Source: Bdellovibrionota bacterium (lineage in GTDB: Bacteria; Bdellovibrionota_C; UBA2361; CALJRW01). From it: a stretch of 64,000 nucleotides of DNA. The notes under the pieces were generated by a model. That model was not told the DNA's origin and made no database searches. It was given only the letters and a program-made list of their open reading frames with translations. The first letter of the stretch is position 1, and each line of letters starts with the position of its first letter. A program made the translations under genes and the position numbers. Of the stretch, positions 1 through 9,955 are shown one piece after another. Location: assembly GCA_041740355.1 (NCBI GenBank), contig JBGSMD010000030.1, positions 120,994 through 184,993 of the forward strand. Reading direction: 5' to 3'.

Positions 1-1814
1 ACGATTCGATTCTTTCCTTGTTGAACTGTGAGAGTCGAGATTTCCATGTTAGGTAGGTGGAGCACAGGAGAAATTTGATTTGCAGGCAAACGAAATAGTT
101 CATAATTCTGAGATCTGATTTGTTGCGTGAATAATTGGATCTCATCATTTGGTATCAAATATTTACGAAGGACACGATTAAAGATTTCAATTGAGGTCTC
201 AAATTCTTCAGGGATAATTTCATCAGCACCCAATTTAATAGATTCTGGGATTTCTTTAATAAAACGTGTGCGCACAATTAAGTAAGCATTGTGAGTAAGG
301 GATCTAACTTTAGTAATAATTAATTTAGTTGCTAAGGGGTCAGAAATTGCAATTACTACTACGCGTGCTTCAGGTACGTGTAAGTGTTGTAAGATAGTTT
401 CATGCGTTGCATCTCCAAAAAATATTGGCTCGCCAGATTTTTTTGCTTCTTCAATGGAATCGGGATTAAGTTCTACAATTACATAGGAAATACCTGCTTG
501 CTTAGCAGCCTTGGCTAAATTTTGACCATTTATTCCATAGCCAATAATTACTAAGTGATCTTTTAGTTTTTGACCATCTTGATCCGTTACTTCAGGGAAT
601 TTTCGGCTATTATTAATCACCTTTAATCTTTCTCTCACTCTTATTGGCAGAGGGCGTTTTAATAACCAGTTTGAAATTCTACTTGCTGAACCGATCACAA
701 AAGGAGTGATCCCCATCGTTAGAATAGAAATTGCTAAGAAGTATTGGTAGACCTCGGGAGTTAATACTTTGTAATGCATACCAGTAGCGGAGAGTATAAA
801 AGCAAACTCTCCTACTTGAAACAGCATTAAGGTAGACATGATCACGGTTCTGGCCGCGTAACGTAAGATAGCCACAGTTGCGGCGATTACTAAACTTTTA
901 ACAACTACAACGCCTAGGGTGAAAACTAAGATTGCCGGAAAATTTTTAATTACAAATGATAAATCAAGGAGCATTCCGATGGAAACAAAGAAAAAACTAA
1001 CAAAGATCTCCCTAAATGGTAAGACAATTGCAGCTGCCTGATGATGGTAATCCGATTCAGAAATTACTAAGCCTGCAAAAAACGCACCAAGTGCCAGGGA
1101 TAATCCAACCGAGGAAGTAAGCCACGCTGTGGCAAAGCAAAGAACTAGAATGGTCATCATGAATAATTCGTTACTTCTAGTTTTAACTACTTGAGTTAAT
1201 AAATAAGGAACTACAAAACGAGCAAGGACAATAATTATTCCAAGAACACTGGCAAATTTAACAACCATCAAGAAGAGCGTCATGGGAATATTCTCTGCTT
1301 GTCCGGCAAGAATCGGAGTAAGTAACATCATCGGGACAACAATAATATCTTGGAAGATCAAGATACCAACTGAGATTCGTCCATGAGGGGAGGTAATCTC
1401 ACCATTACTATGTAAGATTTTTAAGACAATTGCTGTACTACTTAGGGATAGTAGAAACCCCATAAAGATTGCTTGATTTAAGGCGAGACCAAGGATGTAA
1501 CTGACCAGTGCGGTTACTAAGATTGTTCCACCCACTTGCAGTAATCCACCACCGATGACAGTTTTACGAATTGCAACTAAACTTTTTAAGGAAAATTCAA
1601 TCCCGATAACGAAGAGAAGGAAAATAACCCCAATCTCAGCTAGTAATTCTACTTCATGTGTAGCATGAATAAACCCTAATGCTGATGGACCGATCAGTGC
1701 GCCAGTTATTAAGAAGCCTAAAATTGCTGGGAGCTTTAATTTCTGAAAAATTAGAATCGTAAAAACCGAACAGGCAAGAATGATAACGATCTCGGAGAGT
1801 AAAGGAATATTCAT
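1..1814 (-). CDS. Monovalent cation:proton antiporter-2 (CPA2/Kef-like) with C-terminal TrkA-N domain; 3' end runs off the window
   Basis: Absent from the ORF track; translated by hand from ATG at 1814: MNIPLLSEIVIILACSVFTILIFQKLKLPAILGFLITGALIGPSALG...LAEIGVIFLLFVIGIEFS...GILIFQD...GLSLALGAFFAG...GYGINGQN...GDATHE. Confidence 0.92.
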   Translation of the reverse strand, partial: MNIPLLSEIVIILACSVFTILIFQKLKLPAILGFLITGALIGPSALGFIHATHEVELLAEIGVIFLLFVIGIEFSLKSLVAIRKTVIGGGLLQVGGTILVTALVSYILGLALNQAIFMGFLLSLSSTAIVLKILHSNGEITSPHGRISVGILIFQDIIVVPMMLLTPILAGQAENIPMTLFLMVVKFASVLGIIIVLARFVVPYLLTQVVKTRSNELFMMTILVLCFATAWLTSSVGLSLALGAFFAGLVISESDYHHQAAAIVLPFREIFVSFFFVSIGMLLDLSFVIKNFPAILVFTLGVVVVKSLVIAATVAILRYAARTVIMSTLMLFQVGEFAFILSATGMHYKVLTPEVYQYFLAISILTMGITPFVIGSASRISNWLLKRPLPIRVRERLKVINNSRKFPEVTDQDGQKLKDHLVIIGYGINGQNLAKAAKQAGISYVIVELNPDSIEEAKKSGEPIFFGDATHETILQHLHVPEARVVVIAISDPLATKLIITKVRSLTHNAYLIVRTRFIKEIPESIKLGADEIIPEEFETSIEIFNRVLRKYLIPNDEIQLFTQQIRSQNYELFRLPANQISPVLHLPNMEISTLTVQQGKNRI

Positions 1815-1841
1815 AATGTAATAATGCCTTGCCGTATAGAA

Positions 1842-1960
1842 ATAGTGAGTCCAATAAGTAGTTTCCGCAGGGAATTACTTTTTGAGGTTTACTTTAGTTA
1901 TGACAAAAAATCACAAAACTAACTTTCCAATATTCGGAAGTTACTTTTGTCATAACTATA
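1842..1960. repeat. Palindromic repeat mosaic (module B + module A), inverted relative to the 11959 and 51777 copies
   Basis: ATAGTGAGTCCAATAAGTAGTTTCC...AATTACTTTTTGAGG (B) followed by TAGTTATGACAAAA...TTTTGTCATAACTA (A, 14-bp perfect inverted repeat, 1895-1958). Confidence 0.75.
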
Positions 1961-1961
1961 A

Positions 1962-2175
1962 ACCTGAGTTTTGGATAAGCTTTCTGTTACAAAAGTTGAA
2001 CTAGTTGGAATTGCTGTGAAAAATCACAAATTGGTACTCGCTGTGGCGTGCCTTACACACCTCCGTTCCAATTTATGATTTTACTTCGCACTTCACAATT
2101 ATTAAAAATCTTCAATTTTTAATAATTTCAACTACTTCACCTTTCTCACAACGAATTCTTATCCAAAACTCAGGT
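1962..2175. mobile_element. MITE-like non-autonomous element, possibly IS982-derived
   Basis: Perfect 18-bp TIRs ACCTGAGTTTTGGATAAG (1962-1979) / CTTATCCAAAACTCAGGT (2158-2175), flanked by TATAA direct repeats (1957-1961, 2176-2180); no internal ORF. Confidence 0.75.
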
Positions 2176-2241
2176 TATAACTTGATGGAAGCAAGTATAA
2201 CGAATATCAGCTTGATTGCCCAGACTGTAAGCAGATCCTGG

Positions 2242-3849
2242 TTAGGAGCTACATGATAGTGAGGCACACCCTGGTTTTGTCCTTGCCCATTCAGGGCGTC
2301 GGGCAAAGAATTTCTTGGTAAATTCATTTTCTTGATACGGTGTTTTAAGGGCCTCCATGATGGAATCAAGCTCTGCGCGATCGCCGACTGCTAATTTCTC
2401 TAATGCTTCTTGAACAATGTAATTTCGTAGAATAAAATAGGGGTTATTATTATTCATTAATTCTATTTTTTTGGATGTTGCTAAGGGATTTTTTGCCTGT
2501 ATCGCTAAATAAGACTTAGTCCAATCAACTAATGGCTTAGAAACTTCGGAGAGTAATTCTTGTTGATAAAAAGCAGGTTGAAGTAGGGCTAGGATTTCTT
2601 CGTTAGAAAGTTGAGCATCTTCAGACTTTTCCAAGATTTTGGCTAGTTGTCGATAAAAAATTGTGGGATCAGTTTCCGTTGCTCGAAGGGCAGAATCAAG
2701 TTCTGTAATTAACACTGTACTATGCTCGGCATTTAAATCATCAAATCCAAGCTTGGCAGACATTGATTTAAGGATCTCTTTTTCAAAAGTTTGCTTGTAA
2801 ATATCTAATCCGGCAATTAGTTCAACTTCTGATTCAATTAGTGGTTCTAGTGCTTCAGCAAGTTTAGTTAAATTCCAAAAGGCTATGTTGGCTTGATTAC
2901 CAAAGCGGTAACGGCGAAATTCATTATCGGTGGTGTTGGGAGTCCAGTCCGGATCGTAAACATCTAGCCAACCATAGGGCCCATAATCAATAGTCATTCC
3001 CAGAATTGAAAGATTGTCAGTGTTCATTACCCCATGAACGAATCCAACTCGTAACCACTCTGCCATTAATTTGGCTGTTCGTTCACAGACTAAGGTAAAC
3101 CAATTGAGATATTTGTCTGTGGTCAGATTATGAAATTCTGGGTAGTGGTATTCTATTGTATAATCAACTAAACCTTTTAGTAGTTTAAATTCACCTGAAG
3201 CTGAAAGTATTTCATAATGTCCAAATCGTAAAAAACTAGGTGCAATTCTGGTAGTAATTGCTCCAGGTTCTAATTCTGGGTGACCATCATAAAATAAATC
3301 TCGCATTACTTTTTCCCCTGTTAAGGTGCAACAGAGCGCGCGAGTTGTCGGAACATTTAAGTAAAACATTGCTTCGCTACAAAGAAATTCACGAAGGGAA
3401 GACCGAAGCACTGCACGGCCGTCAGCTCTTCGGGAATATGGGGTTGGCCCGGCACCTTTTAATTGAATTTCCAGTCTTTGATTTTTAGAATTAATTACTT
3501 CACCCAAGGAAATTGCACGACCATCACCCAATTGTCCTGCCCAGTATCCAAATTGATGTCCCCCATAGCGCGTGGAGTAAGGAAGCATTCCGGTAAGCAT
3601 TTTATTACCGGCAAATACTTCTGCCTCCAATCCAATTGGATTAGAAGGAGAATCTAAGTCAAGTAATCTTCCAGTTGATTTCGACCAAATTAATATTTCT
3701 GGTTTACAGACTGCGGTTGGTGCATTCTGGCAGAAAAGGATTTCTGGAGTAGCTCGAGAAGTAGAATCGTTTGTTAGTTCTCCGGGGAAGTTAGAAATAA
3801 AGCTATTATCAAAGCTAAGCTTTTCAAGGTTCGACTTACTCATAAACAT
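2242..3849 (-). CDS. selO: Protein adenylyltransferase SelO (YdiU family)
   Basis: YGGHQFG..AGQLGDGRA, QLKGAGPTPYSRRADGRAVLRSS, GFVHGVMNTDN, TIDYGP; C-terminus ...LSCSS (Cys, not Sec). The start may be ATG 3843. Confidence 0.95.
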   Translation of the reverse strand: MFMSKSNLEKLSFDNSFISNFPGELTNDSTSRATPEILFCQNAPTAVCKPEILIWSKSTGRLLDLDSPSNPIGLEAEVFAGNKMLTGMLPYSTRYGGHQFGYWAGQLGDGRAISLGEVINSKNQRLEIQLKGAGPTPYSRRADGRAVLRSSLREFLCSEAMFYLNVPTTRALCCTLTGEKVMRDLFYDGHPELEPGAITTRIAPSFLRFGHYEILSASGEFKLLKGLVDYTIEYHYPEFHNLTTDKYLNWFTLVCERTAKLMAEWLRVGFVHGVMNTDNLSILGMTIDYGPYGWLDVYDPDWTPNTTDNEFRRYRFGNQANIAFWNLTKLAEALEPLIESEVELIAGLDIYKQTFEKEILKSMSAKLGFDDLNAEHSTVLITELDSALRATETDPTIFYRQLAKILEKSEDAQLSNEEILALLQPAFYQQELLSEVSKPLVDWTKSYLAIQAKNPLATSKKIELMNNNNPYFILRNYIVQEALEKLAVGDRAELDSIMEALKTPYQENEFTKKFFARRPEWARTKPGCASLSCSS

Positions 3850-3889
3850 ATAGTATACTACGTCGCTCTAATTTACTATTAAACATAAA

Positions 3890-4501
3890 ATGTCTGTTTC
3901 TGCGGTCCAAAAGGACCAAGTTGTTATTTCTCCGCTTGTTAATCTTGCCACTACCAATCTGGCATCTTACCAAAGCACTCTTGGTAATCTGGCTCGTGTT
4001 CTTAAAAATGTTAATTGTACAGTGCTTAGTAAAAGCATTAGTGACTTATTTATTAATCCTAAAAACCAAGAAATTTTAAATGATCCCAAAATTAATACCC
4101 TGGCTAGTAAGTTAGTGCAGGGATTTTTGCATTTGCAGCGGGAATATTTAACGGAAGCTTTAACTTACCTTTCCCTTCACACTTCTAAGTTAAAGCTACA
4201 GGGGGAGGAAACTATTCCTGCAATTTCTGATACTAGCCTTAAGTCGGCGATTCGAGTCCTTGGCGTTCCAAGATTTGAAGATAGATTTAAAAAGCGAATT
4301 ATTATTAATCTTGTTGAAGCACTTTCGGATCCTGCTATTCGTAAAGAAATTAAGTTAAGTGGCGAATCTGATTCAAAGAATCAAGAGAATCTTAGAACTT
4401 ACCTATTGGTTGAAGCTACATTGAAATTTCGCGATGAGGTTATAGATCTTGTTACTAGGCAAGATCTTAAACAATTCAATTCAAAAAATTCAATTAACTA
4501 A
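3890..4501 (+). CDS. Hypothetical protein (203 aa, probably helical)
   Basis: Long ORF filling the gap, divergent from selO; no recognisable motif. Confidence 0.7.
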   Translation: MSVSAVQKDQVVISPLVNLATTNLASYQSTLGNLARVLKNVNCTVLSKSISDLFINPKNQEILNDPKINTLASKLVQGFLHLQREYLTEALTYLSLHTSKLKLQGEETIPAISDTSLKSAIRVLGVPRFEDRFKKRIIINLVEALSDPAIRKEIKLSGESDSKNQENLRTYLLVEATLKFRDEVIDLVTRQDLKQFNSKNSIN

Positions 4502-4535
4502 GTACATTTAGGCAGGTACTAAATTTATTTCTAAA

Positions 4536-7500
4536 CTAACTGTCTGTATTTTCTGCTGGTAAAGTTACCTTAGGTTTTTGTTTATACCATCCCCCATTAG
4601 TAGTGTAGGCATCAAAGCCCCACTTAACCCAGTGGATAATTGATGCAGCTAACCAAAGAGCCCAAAGTAGCATTAGGATTCTGTAATACCAAATATCAAA
4701 AGCAAGAAACCAAGGCATTGGAATGGATCCAGTCGTTAAATCCTGATACCAATTAAGACTAAAACTACTGGAATAATTTCCAGCAATCTTCATCACTGGG
4801 GATCCAAGGAGTCCTGTTTTAATTGCTTGGTATAATGCTTGAAATGCCCAGAAAGACCAGAAAGCTAAAAAGATTTGCATTAATGGAAATCTTAAAGTGT
4901 GATTAGAAAGTTTGGTTTTTGCTCGGAGGCCAAGAAAAACAAACCATGTAATTACCATTAGATTGAGGCCGATGTTTACCTGACTTAATCCGATTAATAA
5001 CAAGCACCACTGATAAAATTTAAGTGGCAGATCTTTAAAACGGCTGAGAATAAATGCTAGGAAAATAGCGAGAGGAAAATATCCCCAGAAAAGAACGGCT
5101 GGGCCGTAATTCGTTCCACCAGTTGCAACTACCCAACTTCTTTCTGATAATTGATAATTTAAATTTAAATTTGCGGTCGGGGCATTAAGTTTAATTTCAG
5201 GTAATTTGTAATATTTATTAAGAGCTTTTTTCTCACGCCACTCGATATCAATTGTTTGCGAACCAGGAATTAAATTCAAATCTATTTTACTAGAATCAGC
5301 TTTAAATGACTGCGCTAGTTGATTAATCTTAACACTGGTAATTTCAATACCAACTGGCAGATCAAGAGGATGAATTTCTCCTTTACTAGACTTAATCAAA
5401 AAATTAAGGGAATATTTTTGTAAATCTTTACCAAGATTTGCTGTTAGGTTCAAAGATTCAATTGTTTTGGTTGTACCAACAATTCCAATTGGCTTCTCAA
5501 GTTTTATGGCTAAACTTTCACCGGGCCTAGGATGCCATTCGGGAATTTCTTGGTTGAAATAAATCCTTGGTGTTCCGGTGTAATCAAAATGCCAAAGATT
5601 GCTAGCACTTAAATACCAAATCTCATTCCAAATTTTATTATTAGCAGCTGTCAGCTCAACTTTGTCAGTCGCTTTTAAAATAGATTTAAAAGTTTTTTGG
5701 TATTCATTAGGCTTAAATTCAGCAATTAAGTCGCCATTTTTTACTTCAACTCCCGGAGTAACTAATGATTCATCCTTTAGGAGGGCATAGCGAATTTCAA
5801 AGCTACTATTAGCAGGGGAAATCCTTTGAATGGTAGTAGTAATAGTGGCATCATAAGCTAATTCAATTTGCCGACTAATCGTAAATTGTTGTGCAAGTTT
5901 TAGTGGTTTAACAGTGTCTTTTTCGTTACTATCGGGCGCAGATTTTTGTGCAATTGTTTTTTGAATTTTAGTTAAACTAATTACTTGATCAACTTTTCCG
6001 GAGTCACTAATCCCCGTAACTATCCAATCTTTTACTTGGAATTTTCCATAGCTAGGAATTACAGGGAAGGCCAGATTTATAGTTTCTCGATCTTTTAGTG
6101 TCCCTGATAGTACTAAATTATTAATTCCCTGTTTAAGGGCAACTAATAATAATTCTCCCGATGTTTTTAGTCGTAGTGCTTCACTAGTATCGTTGATGGT
6201 AATCTCTTCTACCGAAAAATCTGTTCTATTAAAAGGTAGCGTAAAGTAGGAATCGCTTAAGCTATGAACTTCAAAACTCAATTTGAATTTCTGCTCCTCA
6301 AGATCAATCTCAAACTGAGCAATATTTGCACAATTTGGTAAACATTCGGGAGCTTCTTGTTGATTCTTACTGACATAGTTAGATAGATCCTGAAGAATGC
6401 GATCGTTTGGAAAGATGCCATTAGGGTCTGCTTCTTGAGCCATGACCTCTGTTTGGCTAATGAGTAAACAAAATAAAATTGCCAGGCCTTTTGACATCGG
6501 GATCCTGAAAGGTAAAGAATTAAATAAAAATCTTGCTAGTAAAAGCATGATTAAAATCGCTCTTAAAAAGCTGAGGAAAATATTTTGAGTCGGGGAAATT
6601 AAACTAAATTCAATTTTTTGATCTTGAATCACAGGAGTTCTCCATCCAAAGCTGTATGAATTGCTCGATTGCCAGTTAGAAACACCCCGACCAGTTTGTA
6701 CGGCTTGATCGATATTGGTTTGATAAAGTTGTTTAGCAACGTTTACCTTACTTTCCTCGCTCTCGTATGTAGCAGATTTTTTCATACGAGAGAGTGAGCC
6801 AATCAAACCACCAGAGGCAGAAGGCATATCTGCAGACTCCATTATCTGCGAGGCTGGGGCAACAGAATCTGCTCTTCCTTCAAAATTACCATAAGCATAA
6901 TCAGCTTCTTGATTAAAATAAACTCCTTTTAGTTGGGGGTGAATGGCGAGCTTGATGTCATTAAAAATTGCCACCAGAACAAAAAGTGCCGTGCCAGCAA
7001 TGATTGTAAATTTAAATTTATTACAAAAGCTGACAAATCTTTGATGTTTAACATAGAAAGCTAATGCAGCCAGAGCTGTCGCAAAAAGAATAATTCCAGT
7101 TATGCTAAAAATTGTTTTTTCAAAGAGGAGTAAAGCACTAAAAGCTAATAAGGAACTCTGCCAATTATAAACTTTGAAGATAGCGACAACAGTAAGCATT
7201 ACCAGAAAAATATCTAACAAGGTCCATTTAGCAAACCAACTACCGTTCACATAATCAACCCCCCAGATGTGAAATAATTGCCAACCGGGGGCTAAATACA
7301 AACTGTTACTAATTGAATTAAATTCTGATTTCCAACCAGGGAAGTTTAATTCCTTAATATTTGCTACTTGGCTATTCGCAGTTAAATTAAGATCTCCAGG
7401 TCGTACTTCGATTCCAACTAACTCACCAGAAGTCGAAGTTTTTGTGATCAGTTGATCAATCCCATTAATATTTACATTTCCTAGATTATAATCTGGATCG

Positions 7501-8651
7501 ATTGTTAAGTGTTGATCGCTAGCAATTTGACCACTTACTTGGTCGCGGATTGAGAAGGAGCTACCATCAAAATTTAACTTAACAACGCGATTTAAATTTA
7601 ACGAATTACTAGACTGCTTTGCTTCGCCTCTTTTTCTCTCAATAATTTGTAAAGTTTGAGTAGGCTCAATTTTATAGGTATTAAGATTCTGCCATTCTGA
7701 AGGAATATTATATAATGTTGGATCGATCGCACTAGCACCGCTTAAATCAACCACTCGTAGGCTTGGATTACTGGCAAAGGACCAAAGTTCAAAAGGAACC
7801 CAGTCTTCACCAGTTGGAAAACTAACTGCTTCCAGCGCAGCACTTCGATAACTTTCTGTTTGAATTGTGTAAGAACCAGCACGCGCTTGCACTATGATGT
7901 TTCCTTGTTGATCGATATTAATTGGTAGTTCTGAGCTAATATTGGTTAAGGCAAATCCTGGCAGGCTAATTTGATTAAGTTTTATTTCACGGGATTTTCC
8001 AGAGATTTCTAATTTAACTATTGTTTCTAATTTAGCAGGAAGATTATCCTCTATTCTGCGAAAAACTTTTAAATCTAAATAATTGATTTCCGCGGTAACT
8101 ACCTCCGTTGTAGATTGATTAAGTGTTAAGTGTCCGTTCTGCACATTAGGAAAAGAAAGTTTTTCACCATCTAGAGTAATATTTAAGAGGGCAACATTTG
8201 GGGGTAAATTAAATTTATCGGGAAGAGTAGCCCAAAAATAATCACCTGAAATTTGATATTCACCAGCTTCTAAATAAATTGTTGGAGTACCATTAATATT
8301 TGTGATTGGTTCTAGCTTATTATTTACTTTCACAGCCTGGGGCCAGAACTGCAGACTACCAGGAAGATTAATTGTCCCTTTGTCATCTAAAATTACGTTG
8401 TAAGTAAAATTTCCTCCACTAGAATTTAAAGCTAAGTTTAATTTTGATTCCCAAGAACAGATTCGTTCTTCAAAGTTTCGAAAGTTAAAATTACATTTGT
8501 TGATTTCTAAATCTCGACTGACCCACTTGACCCACGGCTTTAGATTGTCGGGGATGCTTTCCTGCCAATTAGGATTAGCGAATAAGCTTTGTGGAAGAAG
8601 GACAAGTAAGATAATTATTTGGATAAGTATTTTCATGGTATTGAAAAGCAA
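4536..8651 (-). CDS. Large uncharacterised membrane protein with signal peptide, two extracytoplasmic regions and two TM bundles
   Basis: Signal peptide from ATG 8636 (MKILIQIIILLVLLPQSLFA); hydrophobic bundles after WFAKWTLLDIFL and GPAVLFWG; LNWYQD motif. Confidence 0.8.
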   Translation of the reverse strand: MLFNTMKILIQIIILLVLLPQSLFANPNWQESIPDNLKPWVKWVSRDLEINKCNFNFRNFEERICSWESKLNLALNSSGGNFTYNVILDDKGTINLPGSLQFWPQAVKVNNKLEPITNINGTPTIYLEAGEYQISGDYFWATLPDKFNLPPNVALLNITLDGEKLSFPNVQNGHLTLNQSTTEVVTAEINYLDLKVFRRIEDNLPAKLETIVKLEISGKSREIKLNQISLPGFALTNISSELPINIDQQGNIIVQARAGSYTIQTESYRSAALEAVSFPTGEDWVPFELWSFASNPSLRVVDLSGASAIDPTLYNIPSEWQNLNTYKIEPTQTLQIIERKRGEAKQSSNSLNLNRVVKLNFDGSSFSIRDQVSGQIASDQHLTIDPDYNLGNVNINGIDQLITKTSTSGELVGIEVRPGDLNLTANSQVANIKELNFPGWKSEFNSISNSLYLAPGWQLFHIWGVDYVNGSWFAKWTLLDIFLVMLTVVAIFKVYNWQSSLLAFSALLLFEKTIFSITGIILFATALAALAFYVKHQRFVSFCNKFKFTIIAGTALFVLVAIFNDIKLAIHPQLKGVYFNQEADYAYGNFEGRADSVAPASQIMESADMPSASGGLIGSLSRMKKSATYESEESKVNVAKQLYQTNIDQAVQTGRGVSNWQSSNSYSFGWRTPVIQDQKIEFSLISPTQNIFLSFLRAILIMLLLARFLFNSLPFRIPMSKGLAILFCLLISQTEVMAQEADPNGIFPNDRILQDLSNYVSKNQQEAPECLPNCANIAQFEIDLEEQKFKLSFEVHSLSDSYFTLPFNRTDFSVEEITINDTSEALRLKTSGELLLVALKQGINNLVLSGTLKDRETINLAFPVIPSYGKFQVKDWIVTGISDSGKVDQVISLTKIQKTIAQKSAPDSNEKDTVKPLKLAQQFTISRQIELAYDATITTTIQRISPANSSFEIRYALLKDESLVTPGVEVKNGDLIAEFKPNEYQKTFKSILKATDKVELTAANNKIWNEIWYLSASNLWHFDYTGTPRIYFNQEIPEWHPRPGESLAIKLEKPIGIVGTTKTIESLNLTANLGKDLQKYSLNFLIKSSKGEIHPLDLPVGIEITSVKINQLAQSFKADSSKIDLNLIPGSQTIDIEWREKKALNKYYKLPEIKLNAPTANLNLNYQLSERSWVVATGGTNYGPAVLFWGYFPLAIFLAFILSRFKDLPLKFYQWCLLLIGLSQVNIGLNLMVITWFVFLGLRAKTKLSNHTLRFPLMQIFLAFWSFWAFQALYQAIKTGLLGSPVMKIAGNYSSSFSLNWYQDLTTGSIPMPWFLAFDIWYYRILMLLWALWLAASIIHWVKWGFDAYTTNGGWYKQKPKVTLPAENTDS

Positions 8652-8784
8652 GAAATATTGGGTACTTACTTTACTATAGTAGAAAGATTTTTGACTTACT
8701 AGAAGAAAAATAAGGTCTTTCCCTAATATTTACGACTGGCATGGTTCAAATACTTAATGCTATGATTAGAGACTTTGATAAAGT

Positions 8785-9942
8785 TTGATTTTTCGAAATT
8801 TGCATACTGTGCCTTACAAAACTTTAAATGATTCCGCTGTAACTGTTGCCCAGATTAACCTGGCAAATTTGGCACATAATTTTTCAGTTATAAAAAAATT
8901 AGCCGGTAGCGCTGGTGTTATGGCAATGGTTAAGGCCGATGCATATGGCCATGGGATGATTCCAGTTTCGGAGCGACTAATTTCTTTAGGGGTAGATTAC
9001 TTAGGAGTTGCCTTTGTGGATGAGGGAATTGCTCTTCGTGAAGCTGGGATTAAAGTTCCGATATTAGTTACTGGAGGTATTCTTGGCAAGCAATTTGCAC
9101 AGTTCTTAGAGTATGATTTAGAGATTACACTATCTTCCCTTTTTAAATTAGAAGAGTTGGAGGCTGTTTGTCAGTTAAAAAATAAAAAAGCCTTAGTGCA
9201 TTTAAAAATCGATACTGGTATGGAGCGAATTGGAATTCACTCAGCAAATGCCAGTAAGTTAATTGATCGGGCAATTAAGTCTAAGTGGCTTGAGATCAAA
9301 GGAATCTACTCCCATTTTGCTTGTGCTGATCATACTGATACAAGTTTTACTAAACTACAATTAGAAAAGTTTTTAACTGTTACCGATTATTTTGAAAAAC
9401 AAAACTATAATGGCAAAGTATTAAGGCACATCACTAACTCTGCTGGACTTGTTACTTGTCCTGAAAGTTGTTTGGATTTAGTACGACCAGGGATTTTTCT
9501 TTATGGCTGTTACCCGAATAATAATTTTCATCTAGCAGTTGATCTGCTGCCAGTTTTATCACTAACTTCTAAAATTGTTTATTTTAAAGTGGTTCCTGCC
9601 AATACAGGGGTAAGCTATAGTCACAGTTGGAAATCTACGGAGCAAACAAGAGTCGTGACTTTACCGATTGGGTATGGCCATGGATATAGTAGGTCTCTGT
9701 CAAATCGGGCCGACGTTTTGATTCATGGAAAACGTTTCTCGCTTGTGGGAAATATTTGTATGGATCAGTTGATGGTAAATCTAAGAGATCAAGAAGCTTA
9801 TGTAGATGATTCTGTTATTCTTATTGGCAGTGATGGCCAAGAGAAAATTAGTGCGGAAGAACTAGCTGAATTAGTAGGAACAATCTCTTATGAAATTTTA
9901 ACTAATCTTAAATCTCGAATTGCCAGGATTTATCAGAACTAG
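8785..9942 (+). CDS. alr: Alanine racemase
   Basis: MAMVKADAYGHG (PLP lysine), HLKIDTGMERIG, SHFACAD, VRPGIFLYG, GNICMDQ, GTISYEIL. Confidence 0.97.
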   Translation: MIFRNLHTVPYKTLNDSAVTVAQINLANLAHNFSVIKKLAGSAGVMAMVKADAYGHGMIPVSERLISLGVDYLGVAFVDEGIALREAGIKVPILVTGGILGKQFAQFLEYDLEITLSSLFKLEELEAVCQLKNKKALVHLKIDTGMERIGIHSANASKLIDRAIKSKWLEIKGIYSHFACADHTDTSFTKLQLEKFLTVTDYFEKQNYNGKVLRHITNSAGLVTCPESCLDLVRPGIFLYGCYPNNNFHLAVDLLPVLSLTSKIVYFKVVPANTGVSYSHSWKSTEQTRVVTLPIGYGHGYSRSLSNRADVLIHGKRFSLVGNICMDQLMVNLRDQEAYVDDSVILIGSDGQEKISAEELAELVGTISYEILTNLKSRIARIYQN

Positions 9943-9955
9943 TTTTTGAACTTCT

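Noticed and set aside
2242-2270. Selenocysteine recoding in SelO or the glutathione peroxidase
   Set aside because: Both encode ordinary TGT Cys at the relevant positions; SelO ends in TAA.
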